A DNA stretch of 64,000 bases from NCBI GenBank assembly GCA_009602725.1, contig WELB01000020.1:1059623-1123622 (forward strand). The letters are read 5' to 3'. Below, one piece after another: positions 11,901 to 25,067 of the stretch (its first letter is position 1; each line of letters opens with the position of its first letter). Under the pieces are notes generated by a model. It ran no database searches. It was not told the origin of the DNA and saw nothing but the letters and a program-made list of their open reading frames with translations. This stretch comes from Spirogloea muscicola (lineage: Eukaryota). Both the position numbers and the translations under genes were made by a program.

Positions 11901-14900
11901 ACAGCCATTCCTGGTAAGGTAAGACAGCCAACAGCCACTCAGGCGTGAGAGGTAAGGGGAAAGCGGACATTCAAAGGGCTCAGGGTATTGGCCCCTTACA
12001 CTTTCCTCAGTCTTTTTTCTGAGGCTAGCTGAAAGGTTTCGATGTCCCGATTGCCGGAGGAATAATCCTCATTGCCGGTCGCGTCTGGCAGCGCCCCTTC
12101 TAAATGATTCCCTGCCAAGTTTCTGCACGGATACAAGCAGATGTGCACAGGCGTAACAGCACTTCAGGGCTGGGCTGAGTTGCTGACACCAATCTGGTTC
12201 CACTCTGTGTCAGGCCAGTCCTGCTTGTACCACAAGCTTGCCCACTGTTTGCGCACAGTATGTGCACAACACAGGATTGCAAGCCTACAAACTGATTCCG
12301 GGATTGAGTAGTGAAGAGTATGACATGCAAACTTTACGTGCTTTGTCTGCAAGACGAGGTTATCGACTTTGAGTTTGCTCAGGCAGCCAAGAAACTTACA
12401 TGACTGTCAAACTGGAGCAGTAGTAGACAAGCTGTTCAGGATAAAATCCAGTGAGGTTATTATATGACAAATCTCTGAAGAACACAATGCAATGCGAAAT
12501 TGGGTGTCAGAATTCCTCTTGATGACCGTGTTTCTAGCTCGCCACACCCTTGGATCAAAGTAATCCTACAAACGTATGTCTCCGGGCAGCTTGTCTGCAG
12601 CTTTGAACATGCCTACCACAAGCAAGGCGAGACAGAATGGAAGGCAAAAGTGCATGTCATACATGACTTGCAAGTATTCACAGCCACCACCATCCAATGT
12701 TGTGATACGGCCGCTGAGCTTATTGTGCGCAAATTGACTGGAATAGCAAGTCACACCAACTCTTAAGAGTATCTCATCATTCTAAACACAAGAATCTGCT
12801 GGCTAGTTCCAAGGAGCATTAGTCCTTTTGGTTGATGGGCATGTCAACGTCCTTTTTGATGATGCAATGCTCGATGACTGTCATGCTAGTCATTAGCATC
12901 CAGAGCTGCAGCATCGCACAACTTCTTCAAGCAGAGGTTCATACTCACTATTTCTGGAGCACAGTCCAGGAGGCAAGGGTCAGTGGGGCGCCGCTGAGAT
13001 TGTTGTAATCCACAATCCTGTCCAGTGCCAGAGATTCAGTCAAAGTGGCCTAGGGCCAAGTCTAACTAGCAGAAGCACAGGTCGGACTGGGAGCTGATGT
13101 AAGACTATGGTCGAGATGTATGGTGACCACGTACTAGCCGTGTCAGTAGTTGTAGCAAGAATACGCCACTCACAGGATGACGAGCTTCTTCAGTTGTGCG
13201 ATGGTGGTCGGTATGCTGCCCGTGAGATTGTTGCAGCAGATATGGCTGCAAATGGTCCACGCAAGCGTGTGACAGGAGGTGATGGATAAGGCAGGGTGCT
13301 TGGGAGGGCTCAGACTTTGGCATGGGCACAGCTTTCCACAAGTAGCTGCCAATGCAACTACAGGACTTATGTGCTAATGCAAAGGAGAACATGGACGCAG
13401 AAAGAGCATCGTGTGCATTTTTGGAAACGGCTTCTGAATGTGTGCTCCTTTCGGCTATGAAGACAAAGGTGTGCTCCTTGTAGGTTCAAATGGTCATCAT
13501 AGAAGGACTCACAGCAGGGTGAGCTCGGAGAGCTGCCCGATGCTTTGTGGGATGCTCCCCGAAAGGAAGTTGTGGTCAAGATTCCTGCAGGCACCCACAG
13601 TGAGAGGTGCACCTTGCAAAGCCTCACATTTTGCAGGTCTCACAGTACTAGCAGAGAAGAGAGGCACGGGCAACAGCTGCACATTGAGCAAAGCCAGCAG
13701 AGCCTGAGTGCGCACAGAAGGGAGAGTCTGGTGAGATTGCCAATGGTGGAGATGATTGGTCCTGTCAGCCGGTTGCTGTTGAGATACCTGGTGCATCATT
13801 GCACGTCAAGTGGGTGTGGTCAAGGCTAAGGCCACGATTACAAAGATGAGTACATCAGCTTATATCTGGTGGCTGCCGAAGAGGCAGAATAAGAGGACTA
13901 GAGGAGCCACTCACAGATCGAAGAGGTTGGAGAGTCGTGCAATGGTGGTCGGTATGCTGCCCGTGAGGTTGTTGCAGCAGAGATGGCTACAAAAAGCAAC
14001 GCAGATTCCACGACACAAGGTATGTGACCATGGATGAAACAGGGAGCCTGAGAGGCTGAGGCTCTTTGCATGGGCAGCTTCCTGCGCCCAAGTGCCTGAG
14101 CAACCGCAGCAAGTTGCTGTCGGCCTACAAACGGTGCAGCACATGCATCACGAACATATGTGCACAATGTTTTGTTAAGTGTCTTTCAGCTTTCAGGGCA
14201 TGACAACAGCAATTCCTCCTGAAAGGCCACGTCGATCCTCACAGAAGAACTCACAGCAAGTACAGGTTGGAGAGCTGCCCGATGCTTTGTGGAATGCTCC
14301 CCGTCAGCAAGTTGTTGTCGAGGTTCCTGCAGGCACCCAAGTGACCTTGGCACCTTGCATGACCTTGCAATCCTTGGATATTAATCCAATAGCAAAGAAG
14401 AAAACCACAGGCACAGCTGCACACCATGACAGGGGTAGAGCCTGAGTGCGCACAAATTGACGAGCCTGGCGAGGTTGCCGATGGCGGAGGGGATTTGTCC
14501 TGTCAGCCGGTTGTTGTTGAGATACCTGGTGCATCATTGTACTACATAAGTGTGAGTGACAAGCTTGACACACAACCACGACTACTAGCAACACCAGCTT
14601 GTGTGAGGCGGTTGTCAAAAAGCTGCATGAGAGCAAGAAAGCGGCCCTTACAGATCATAAAGACCCAAGAGCTGACTGATGGTGGTCGGAATAATGCCCG
14701 TGAGATTGTTGTAGCAGAATTGGCTGCAGAAGGGAGCACAAAAGGTCCACAGTCAAGCATGTGACTGATCACGAAGTGGACAAGGAGCTTGGGAGGGCTC
14801 AGATCCTAGGCATGGGCACAGCTTTCCACAGTTGAGCTGTCTGAAGTGATCTGTGTGAAAAAAGGAGAACAGAGCTTCAGCACAAGACATTATATGCATC

Positions 14901-16466
14901 TGAGCAGCCTGGTTTCTTGTGCGTGCTGGAGCCATCTGGCCCTGACAACGATGATGGGCTCTAGCAAGCGATCATCACTGAAGAGCTCACATGGAGGACA
15001 GCTGAGGTAGCTGCCCAATGCTCTGTGGGATGCTCCCCGTTAGAAAGTTGTGGTCCAATGACCTGCAGGCTCCATGTGACAATTGCACACTGCATGAGTT
15101 GTGTCCTCAGGTCTTGTGGCACTAGCAGAGGAGAGAAGCACAGGAATAGCCGCACATGGATCAAAGCGAGCAGAGCCTGAGGACACGCACAAAGAAGCGA
15201 GAGTGGTGCAATTGCCAATGGCGGAGGGGATTGGTCCTGTCAGCCGGTTGTTGCTGAGATCCCTGGCGCAGCAATGTGTGACAGTGTGTGAGTCAGGGAG
15301 TGGGTGAGCAACAGGAATGACCGAGAAGATGGTTACCACCAGCTTTCGTGCGGTGGCTGCCACAGATGCGGTATGCAGCAAGGAGCCACTCACAGCTGAA
15401 ATAGCTCAGATAGTTGTGTGATGGTGGTCGGTATGCTGCCGGTCAGGCTGTTGCAGCAGAGTTGGCTGCAGACGAGAGTGCAAAAGGTCCAGAGTCAAGC
15501 ATGTGACTGATCAAGGATTGGACAGGGGACTTGAAGGGTTCAGAATCTTGCATGGGCAGCTTCGGACGACCCTGGCTTCTTGGCCTTGACATCCATTTCG
15601 TGCTCTGGGTGGGGCCCGTTAATCATCAGGGACAAACTCACAGATATTCCAATTTGGAGAGATGCCCGATGCTGTTAGGGATGCTCCCTGTCAGGAGGTT
15701 GTGGTCGAGGTAGCTGCAGGCAACCATGTGACACTTGCAACATGCTGATCTTGCATTTCTCAGCTTCCATACCACTAGCACTAGTCGAGCAAGAGGGACA
15801 AAGCCCAAGGCCACTACCACAAGTGTACAGAGCAGTGGCTTACAGCTCAGAAAGTTCCGTCAGGTTTCCAAGGGAGGGGCTGATGCTCCCGTCGAGGTTG
15901 GCATTTTGCACCACTCTGAGGGTGCACAGAGAGCCCACATCACCCCTTGGTGAGAAAACCAGCCATGCCTGCGGAGCTGGGCATGTGCATCCCCGCCAAC
16001 TGAATAAGCCGTATGCTGACCAAGTGAGGCCATCAGGTAGATGGCCGGCAGCTTGAGGGGCCCGAAAACCCAAAGTGGAGTACTTACAGCCGGGTGACGC
16101 GGGCAGGCTGTTGGGCGGTCTCCGCCTCGCAGGAGATACCATACCAGCCGGCGCAAGGGTCGTCGCCGACCCAGGTCGACAGGATCGGCGGGTTCAGCAC
16201 GGCGGCCTTGAACTGCTGCAGCGCAACAACTGCACCATGCGCTACCGTTAGGCCACCCGTAAGCGCGGCCTCGGGAGCACGCTGTAGCGGGGCTGGGTTA
16301 AGTAGAATGCGGCTGCTGTTATGAAGCGAGCGGCCGTTAGCGCCAGCCATGGCGTTCACGGCAGCTGGGCTGACGAGGCGCACGGTCGGGGTGCGGGGCG
16401 GCGAGCAGCCGGCGGCGGAGGGGGCGCTCCGCGGCGCCGCCGTCAGCGGCCGCGGNGCGGCGCCAT
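8916..16466 (-). CDS. Gene A: secreted LRR + Cys-rich repeat protein, 26 exons, apparently intact
   Basis: ATG at 16466; exon 1 contains an N at 16456. N-cap exon 16229-16088 (LQQFKAAV..WVGDDPCAGWYGISC). 17 LRR exons with GT-AG borders, e.g. 15915-15844, 15713-15642, 15465-15394, 15262-15191, 15062-14991, 14723-14652, 14525-14454, 14326-14255, 13986-13915, 13787-13716, 13584-13513 and 13245-13174 (all 72 nt), ending with the cap exon 11752-11531. Seven Cys exons: 11094-10992, 10791-10690, 10416-10318, 10046-9951, 9755-9621, 9437-9336 and 9108-8916 (ends ...QCYGTQCLVDEHGK*). Confidence 0.85.
10193..10295 (-). pseudogene. Decayed duplicate Cys-module exon inside a gene A intron
   Basis: GSCAVMSHH..CYLLP..QCELTGSMR lacks an AG acceptor and is shifted by 1 nt. 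It lies ~20 nt downstream of the intact NGSCAVTRIN..QCYLYGLC exon. Confidence 0.7.
13170..15715 (-). repeat. ~740-bp intragenic tandem repeat (3 LRR exons plus introns), about 4 units
   Basis: The xxCCNN/CYNN exons start at 15465, 14723, 13986 and 13245 (periods 742, 737, 741). Flanking introns share aaggtcca..caagcatgtgac..gcatgggca(ca)gctt. Confidence 0.9.
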
Positions 16467-16729
16467 CGGGCGGCGGCGGGGGTGTGGGCGACTGGCGGGG
16501 CTGCTAAACTGGCTCCACCTTCGCCAATGCCCCGTGCGTAGCTACGGGGTTCGGGCGCCTCTCGGCTCGCTGGACCTTGTCCGTTCCTTTTGAGCTGGCC
16601 CACCTTGTTGAAGTGGGCGAACTTCTTCTTCCCTTCTTTCGAAAGGGAGGCACAACTCGTCGACTGTGAGGCAACTGCGGTGAGAGGCCAGCCCAAGGGA
16701 AAGGCGGCCGGAAGAGAGGGGCTTTCTTC

Positions 16730-16925
16730 TTGCTTCTTGCTTCCCCTGGCCCCCTTCTCGTACTCTGTTCGTTCTTTTTCGGGCTGGTTGTTCCAGCCCC
16801 TATTCTCAATGGCCGAGCACTTTCTTCTTTCTTCTTGCTTCCCCTGGCCCCCTTCTCGTCCTTTGTTGATTCTTTTCTGGGCTGGCTTTTCCAGCCCCTA
16901 TTCTCAATGGCCGAGCACTTTCTCT
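16730..16925 (+). repeat. Two tandem ~98-bp copies of the CRE-like element 3' UTR
   Basis: cttcttgcttcccctggcccccttctcgt...gggctgg(5 nt)ccagcccctattctcaatggccgagcactttct occurs twice. Confidence 0.8.
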
Positions 16926-19900
16926 GCTGTGAATGAAGGGCGACATGACCAAGGGCCGCTGGCTCTACAAGTAGCGGCCCCCCCAAGTTTGGGGCAGAGG
17001 GCCCAAACTGTAGGGGGCCGCCGTGTGGGGTGGGGGCACCGAGATCGCCCGGAAGCTGGGTGGCGGGGGGGGCTCAAAAAGGGAGGGAGGTGGGCGGCGG
17101 CTGGTAACACCAATGATTTGGAGCGGAGGGAGGGCGGGGAAGGGGGGCGCGCAGGCTGCCGGCCAGGACTTCCCGGGCCGCCGGCGGGTGTCCCGCAGGC
17201 GGCACCTGCCGCTGAGCAGGCAGCCACGTGTCCTCCGCCCAGATCGCCGTTACCCGCGAGATATCAGGTTGTGGCCCGGCTATTGAGTGCCTGCTGCGGC
17301 CGGGCCCATGATCTTTCCGCCGGCTAGCTACTCAGACTTGCATCTCCTGACTAGAACTTACTGAGCGTTCCCTGGCTGATGTCTTAGTCCTAGTCCTACG
17401 ATCGCAAGCGGCAAGCGCGGCCAGATTGACTGGTGGCTGGGAGAGCCCATGTCACGAGATATCTCGTCGATGGCTCATTGATGCCGATCTGACAAGGCAT
17501 GAGAGGTGGCTCTACAAACGAAGGACATCTGAGGCACGTCACCTATGAAGCAGAAATCATTAACTCAGTACCTTCAGGTCAGCTCCGGTCGAGTAAGTTT
17601 GGATTTGCCTTTGGAGCTGTCGATTCGTATCCTCAGGCCATCTGAGGGACATCCTCAACCCATGTGACGGTCGATGGCCGTTGTTCCGGCGTAGGCCTTA
17701 TACCTCTTGCTTTCTGCACGTTACATTGGTGGAGACGCCGGGTATAGTCATAGGTATAGCCGGATGTAGCGAGGTCGATGCCCGGACTTGCAGGGTGGGG
17801 ACATAGGGGGGGCAGAGGCCCGACGGCTGGCCCGACGGGGCCGCCGCGCCTTAGACTGAGCCCACTCCTTCGGGCTGGCCGATCCCAGCCACTGCTGTCA
17901 ACTCGGACGATGTCATGCGCGAGGGCATCTATGCGAGATGGCGTCGATTGGTTGATATAGAGACAAATGCTGACGTATACGAGCTATGTGATACACAAAC
18001 CAAACAAAAAAGTGGTTGCGCTGGCCATGCCAACAAGAAGGCAGTCCGTCAGGAGGCCATCGCCACCAATCGTTCATCTCACGCTATGTCAACAAGGAAA
18101 AATTAGAGGTCCAAATTTGAACCTGTGATTCGTGTGTACGTATGATGCGAGGGCGTTTGGTTTTCTATTCTGTCGGCTGCTGGGAAGCTCCGGTCGTTGG
18201 AGTATCTGCAGCAGCAGAAGGTTCGGGTAACACAAGAGTAGATCGATTAGTATCAGGCAGATCTGTGTTAATTGACTCGTCCAGATTGACGAGTTTCCCG
18301 GACCGCAATCTCATACAATGTTGTCTCAACAAAGAAGATTCAGCCAATCAGAAATAATAGAGCTGATGCGTTAGCCTCAGAAGCAAAGCACTTCAAGAAG
18401 TCACAGAGGAAGATCACTCGAGTATAGCAAGATGAGTAGCAGTCCGCTCCCGTTCTTAGCTCGGAATTGAGCTGGAAGTTTCTCAGGAATCTTTTTCCAG
18501 CACTGTTCATCACTATGACCCAACCTTCCACAAAAACCACATGTGGAGTCCGCTCGGCAAGCGAAGCTGTATGTAAAGAAATCGGTCTTGCAACTCGGGC
18601 TCGAGTTTTGTAACAGATAGTCCGAACCGCGGCTTTGTGACTTTTAGTCCGAACCGCGGCTTTTGTGACCCAATGCAAAAATGCAAGCATGAAAGGATAT
18701 ACACGCAGGCACTAAGTGCAGCACCTTGCCTCAATATAAGGATATGGCAAGATTAAGAAGACACTGCTGACTGCAGTGTCATGGAGACTTCTCGCAGTCG
18801 TACGCGGGTCCAGGCTAAGGTACACTAGCTGCCGTCTGCCGTATGCTCTACGCGCTACGCTCTCTGAGTGCAGGCGTGGACGCAGGCGCGGGGCCGTCTG
18901 CCGTATGCTCTACGCGCTACGCTCTGGGGCGCAGGCGCGGACACCGGCGCGGGTGGCGCAGGCGTGGGCAAGAGTGTGAAGCTTGCCGAGGGACTGCTCG
19001 GCTTGGGCTGCCCGCTTTGGCTCGGGCCGGGCGCTGCGGCGGCCGCTGGCCCTGGCCGGCCGGGCACTGTGAAGATCCGAGCGTTGCCTAATAGGCCAGG
19101 TTTGGCTGTAGCGACGCTGGTTGGCTAAGCTGGACGACGGACTTGGTGTGGGCCCACCACATGACCCAGGGGGCGATCAGTCCCCGGGTGCTGACCTCCA
19201 GCCGTCCGTTCCACAATCGGATGGTTGTCGTCGCGCGTTGTGGGCGCGCGTGGGCCGTCGCGTTTTTGTTGTCGCTCCGTCACGTTGTCGTTGTCACTCC
19301 GTCGCGTCGGTGTCGCGTCGTCGTTGTTGGGGTTGAGTTGGTTGAGCGGGTGGCCTTGACTTCATTCAGGCTGGAAGAGGTTTCCCATCCCCGACTCGTC
19401 TCACATCTGGAGCGCGTGACTCAGCCGTGTTCCTCCCCTGTTTTACCATTGCATCCTCAGGCCCCTTTGTAGCTGCTCACCGCACTTAGGCCCCTCTGAA
19501 CCTTTGTGAATTCTTTTTGGGCTGGCTTTTCGCAGCCCTTGCCCCCATTGGGAGTGCCACTTCTTCTTCTAGCGTAGAGCACACGTGTCAAGCCAGGTCA
19601 ACTGTCCCAGTCAGATCGACGCAAGTAAGGCAGCCGACGGGATAGCGCACGACATGCCACGGCCGCGGCGGCACTCTCGACGAGATATGAATATGAATGG
19701 ACGTTCGCCAGACGGTTCGTCCGATCGTTCGCCAGACGGTTCGTCCGACCAGCTCGCCAGATGCCTCGGTGGCGCGCTCAGAGAGGCTCATCGATGGCGT
19801 GCCGCGCGGGCCGGCAGCCGACGCGGCGGTCCCGTTGGACCCCCGGCTACCATCCGCCCTCGTCCATGCCGTCCGGGACACCCTTTCAACTTGACGTTCA

Positions 19901-20063
19901 CTTCGATTGGGCTTACGCCGGAAGTGCCGTTCCACTTCCCTTCCCGTTGGAATGAGCTTATCTTTCGAAGCGGGTGTGTCATTCCCGCTCGTCAGATCGA
20001 GCCATCGTTGCCTTCCGCCACCACCACCGCCGCCGTCTCCCTCCCACCAAAGCCGCCGCCGCC

Positions 20064-23000
20064 ATGGCGCTGCCGCTGGCGCTCGCCGCCGCTCTCGCCG
20101 CCACTCTCGCCGTCGCCGCCGTCGCTGGGGTGACGGTGGACGCCATCGACGCCGATAGCCCGGGGCGCCGTCTGCTTAACGCGCCGCCGCCGCTGCCGCC
20201 GCACCCCATTGTCATGCCCTCCCCCACCTCCCAATACACACTCCACTTCCTCCTCATTGGCTGGCTTGGGGATGCGCTTACCCATTCGTGGTAGCGGCTA
20301 GCTTAGCTGCGTGCTATATTAAATAGTGGGTTCCTGTGGAACGCTGGCCATCTCTTTTGGGCTCCTTTGGGCGCTCCTAGCCCTTGCCCACTTGGAAGAA
20401 CCTCTTCTCCTCCACAGCAGCAGTGGGCTTTCCACCGCTCCAGCTCGCTGTGAGTGCACAGCTGTACAAACTTTCTCTACTGCTGAAGAATGCACCGGAG
20501 TTCCACGGCCCCAGCAAGTCAGCAGCGAGCCTGATGGCTGGTCGCGGGCCCCTCGCAGTCAATGCCGCTGTCATAATCTCGCTCCTGGTCCACCATGTCA
20601 AGCTCGTCACGCCTCGTCTTGTTGATGTGCACAATGGCCCATGTTGCCTGTGGCTGAGCCTGCGCTTCTCCAGAGTGGTCATCAATGCCAACCTCAGTGG
20701 CACTATTTCGCCCATGATTGGCAATCTGACAAGCCTGACATGCTTGTAAGCTGCTCTACTCCACTCATCTCAGGTTGCATGAAGAGGGAGGTATCGTCTA
20801 AGAGTCGCTGCTTCCAATCAGTTGCAGATTGTGCTCAGCTTTTGCCTGCTTGAAAGCAGATCTGTCCACCAATGTAAACAATTTACATCCTCCGAAACAT
20901 TGAGTACACTATCTTCCACTTGCATGTTGACGCGTCAGGTATCTCTATGGCAACCGGCTGACAGGAAGCATCCCTTCCACCATTGGCAACCTTGCCCAAC
21001 TTTGAAGGTGCATATTAGGAAGGCAAGATAACCGAGGGCCCTTGTTACGAAATGCCTGCAGGAATCTGGACCACAACTTTCTGACTGGGAGCATCCCAAG
21101 CACCATTGGGCAGCTTTCAGTGCCGGAGCTGCTGTAAATACATGGCTTTCATTCTACTTTTTCTCACTTAGTGCAATTTCAAGGTGGAATACGTCTGTCC
21201 ACGCCTAGAAGGTATGCGCTAGGATGGGTGGGGCGAGCCAAAAGTCGTCTGCGGCTGGTTCGCCAGCTAGGCAACCAGCCCTATCGCAAACAGCTAACAC
21301 GGCATTCTTAGATCAGAATCATGAAAGATGTCACAGAGGAGCTCGACGTGCTGGCAATCTGTTGACAGGATCTTTTGTTTTTGCCCTCATGCAGGCATCT
21401 CTGCTGCAACAACCTCACCGGCAGCATACCCTCGACAGCCATCTCCAAGCTCAGCAAACTTGTCATTCTGTGAGTGTTGGGCATCATTCTTACATAGCTT
21501 GCGTAATCCTGAATTTGAGGCAGTTCGCACTGCCTCAAAACAATGTTCCCACTTGTCTTGGACACTGAAGTGTCCATCAGAACGCTCTTACTTACAATCC
21601 TCTGCTGCACTTCTGTAGGGCATTGGACTACAATGGCTTCACCGGAACATTTCCTTCAAACATACTGGGTTTATCCAGTCCATTCTTCGATGCAATTCAG
21701 AAATTGTAAGTTCAAGCATGCTACATGATGAGGTTGCCTGGCGGCTAGCAACCATGGAGTTCTTCATACTTCTTCTTGATCATCAATACTTTTCTCCAGA
21801 TAAGCATTGCCTTTGTAGCATGGGAAATGATGACAACAACGACAAGATCTGTCACTTACAACTCCAGCTGATGAGAGTGGCGAAATTTGCGAAGTGCAGT
21901 CAAGTGTCACACAACAAATTGACAGGTTCCCGATGATTATGGGCAAACCAGCCCCCTTACTACTCTGTGAGTCCAGAACACCCCTTCTTGTGCATTCTCA
22001 CAAGCTTCTAGCTTGCATGGGAGACATCTTCCACGACCTGCCCAGCACAAGCTAGGTGGAAGCTGTGTGCTCGTCCAAACAGTGACAGAACATGTGTGAG
22101 AAACTCGGGTGTTGCATTACCATGCACAGGGACTTTTCTTACAACAACTTCATTGGCTACCTTCCTCATCATAGCTTTGAGAGTGAAAGCCGACTGCAGG
22201 TCCTGTAAGGCCCCTGCCGAGTTTCTGTGATTATAGCCTGTTCAGGTGATGCCAGATATGACAAGTACTGAATGTGGTCTGGCATGGTTGTCGCAAGATC
22301 GCCCTTCCGCGGAAGGAGGGCGTATCATCTGCCGTGAAGGGGGGCACTCTTCAGTATTTCTTGTTTGAGAGGCACAATCCGTGGAGGGGCTAGCTTGAAC
22401 TGCAGGCAGACTGGGTGAAGAGTATGCATGAGAACTTCACTGACAGCAGCAGGTAATTGAAGTCCATGTGGCATGTTCACTGTGTTGAGAAATCTTGCAG
22501 GGAACAATCTACAAGGGATGCTGTATCCCGAGTTCGTCTCGACAAGTCTGAGGAAACTGTAAGCAATCTTGCCTCATAAAGACCACCCTTCCTGAAACTA
22601 GACCACCCTGCCTGCTCACATGTGGATTTGGCGAACAACATAGGCTGAGCTTGCATTCTTAGATCCTGAAGCTTGGTAATAGATAGTGACACCCAATCCC
22701 TGTTCCAGCCGGTCTCCTGTCCGCTGCTTTTGTGACAAGGCCTCTCAAAATGCATGTCAGAACCTGTCGCCTCTGATGGACATTGAAGTACGTGCTGTGG
22801 TTCTGGTGTTGCAATTGGCTCAGTGATGTTTCCTACAACAAATCCGAGGGCGTGTTCCCCTTGGACTTGCTTCAAGGCAAGCCGGATCTGGTGTGGGTGG
22901 ATGTCACTGGTAACTACTTGGTTGGTTCAGCCCCAAATGCCACATTCCAAGGGCAAGCGCTCCACCTAAGCAATAACTGCTTCAGGCCACCTGCAAAGTT

Positions 23001-24280
23001 CCAGAGGCCGGCCTCAACATGTGCAGCATCACCTGCACCATGTAGGTGCATGGTCGTGCTCCCCCTCTCCCCGCCCCACCCCCCCCTNCTCGCGCTCTCT
23101 CTCCCCTCCGCTTCCTTCCACCTACCCCCACCTCACTCCCACCTTCCCTCGCACTCTCCCCCCGCCTCTTCCCCAGGCTACACTCACTCTCCGCTTCCTT
23201 TCCTTACTCCCCAGTACTTTTTTCTCTCATTCCTCTCCTCCCCCATCTCTCTTCATCCCTCCTTCCGATGACACCCCCTTCCAGATGCACAGACGTTCCA
23301 AAGTTTGTGAAGCCAGTCTGCAAAGCACGGCAGGAATGTTTTTAGCACAGTATGCTTGCTCTTGTTTCAACCTGTCAAGACGACCCGTTCTGTGTTTGTG
23401 CAGCTTGCTATAGCCAAGGCCCTCCAAATAACTGCAGATACTCCGTGCCAGATATTGACCGACAATGTGTCACCAAGATGTGCAAGTAGGTGAGCAACTG
23501 CTGTCCAGCTCATTCCTGTGCTGGTCTTGGAGCAAAAGTATGCTGCACCCTGAGCCCAAGTTCCTAGATCCTTTATGGAGAAGGTCTAGATACTGTTGAC
23601 TCAGGTGTAGCACCTGATATGTCGGTTTTCCTGGGCTTGACCTCTTGCGACCCTACAGCCGCACAGCCGTGACTCCACGATGCACGATCCAGGTCCACAA
23701 AAAAGACAACACTCCCTGCAACTATGTCACCGGAGCTGATTACGTGACCCAATGTGCCAATCTTACCTGCCGGTGAGTGCTTGGTCAAAAGTAACAAATT
23801 TCCCATCTTCCGTCGGTTGCCTGCGAGCCCATCTTCTCTATGAGCACCTTGCCAAGTCAACAGGCTATGTATGGCTCACACCTGCTCACGAATCTTGTAT
23901 GCAGGGCCAGCATCTGCACTTACAGGGGTCCTTTGTGTGTTGATCAACACTGCTATCAATACCCACCTGGATCTACTATTGACGAATATCCTTGGGATGC
24001 GCCATGTTTTGAGGTGCGGTGCAATAGGTAGGTATTTTCATAGGGAATAAAATTCGTTGTCCAAAGACAAGATTAAGGCATGTATCCTGCATTGGGGTGC
24101 CAAAAATTAGGGCTGAGGTTGAGGTATACGATTGAGCTCAGGTGTTCTGAGATTCTAAAGTTCTTCTCTCGCAGCAACGGATTGTCGATCTTCCACAACT
24201 TCTACGGCACTTTCGAAGACTGCAACTTCTACGGCACTTTCGAAGACTGCAGGCCGCAAAACATGGGGAAGGCATATTAA
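20064..24280 (+). pseudogene. Gene B: LRR + Cys-rich paralog, pseudogene
   Basis: Signal peptide MALPLALAAALAATLAVAAVAG from 20064. LRR exons at ~20674, 20939, 21062, 21396, 21620, 21900, 22130, 22489 and 22824. Cys exons at ~23404, 23927 and 24174. No N-cap exon was found. There is an in-frame TGA (~21003), a frameshift in the QVSHNKLTG exon (~21930) and a truncated Cys region. Confidence 0.8.
24196..24249 (+). repeat. Perfect 27-bp tandem duplication in the last recognisable exon of gene B
   Basis: caacttctacggcactttcgaagactg occurs twice (NFYGTFEDC twice). Confidence 0.9.
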
Positions 24281-25067
24281 AGCCAATCTCATGATATCTC
24301 CAGAGAATGAGCGTGCGTGATGGCAATGCACCTTCTTCAGCAGACTTACCAATGAGGCATTACCATCCTATGTCAGTAAAGCTTTGACGCTGTGCCTGGC
24401 GCTGTGTCTCTGTGTGAAACAAGACAAGCAAAATACGTCCACGCAAGCCTGCCCTTGCTTAAATGCCAATGTCTTTCATAGACCTGCCAGGTATAAAGGC
24501 CACTCCTTCCAATGTAAGGCAATGGCGGACCAATTGTTGGACATATGTCTCACAATGGAGGCAAACCTTTGCCTACAATCTTCCAATCGTACTTTGCATG
24601 CACCCTCAGCGGCCTCGTGTGGAGCTACCAAGGCATAGCAGGTGGGGAATCATTGCATCAAAGCTGAACTAGCAAGTGACATTTGCCATCATCGAGCATT
24701 GGCTATCTGCTTCAGTGGCACAGATGGAGTTTCGATTGATGACTACTTCATTGCCTAGATTACCTGAGTCCCACGTGAACAGGGATTGCTGATGATGGCC
24801 AGCGTCTGCAAGAAAGCCTACAGAACACTCGCTTGGCAACAGATCACCTACCCACACAGCAAGCTGGTGTCCAAATTCAAGGCCACCCCCATCAAATTTT
24901 TCTCCAGCAGCAGCTTCCCGGAGTTCACCACGAGGAGCCCACGGCCAGGGCCTGTCCTAGTGGCCTCTACAGCGGCTTTACTAACGCTCACCAGCCGCAC
25001 TCGTCAGTGACGCTACCCAGTGGCTTTACAAGCCGCTCCTCTAACGTTCACCAGCCGCGCACTTCAG

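Noticed and set aside
12900..16000. Periodic repeats as a CRISPR array
   Set aside because: They are 72-nt LRR exons with GT-AG introns. The context is eukaryotic and there are no cas genes.
16456..16456. Apparent loss of signal peptide in A (and in F at 54489)
   Set aside because: Single Ns mark assembly gaps in GC-rich exon 1, so the missing sequence is probably technical.
16590..17327. 245-aa ORF
   Set aside because: It is made of tandem retroelement 3' UTR copies and GC-rich low-complexity DNA.
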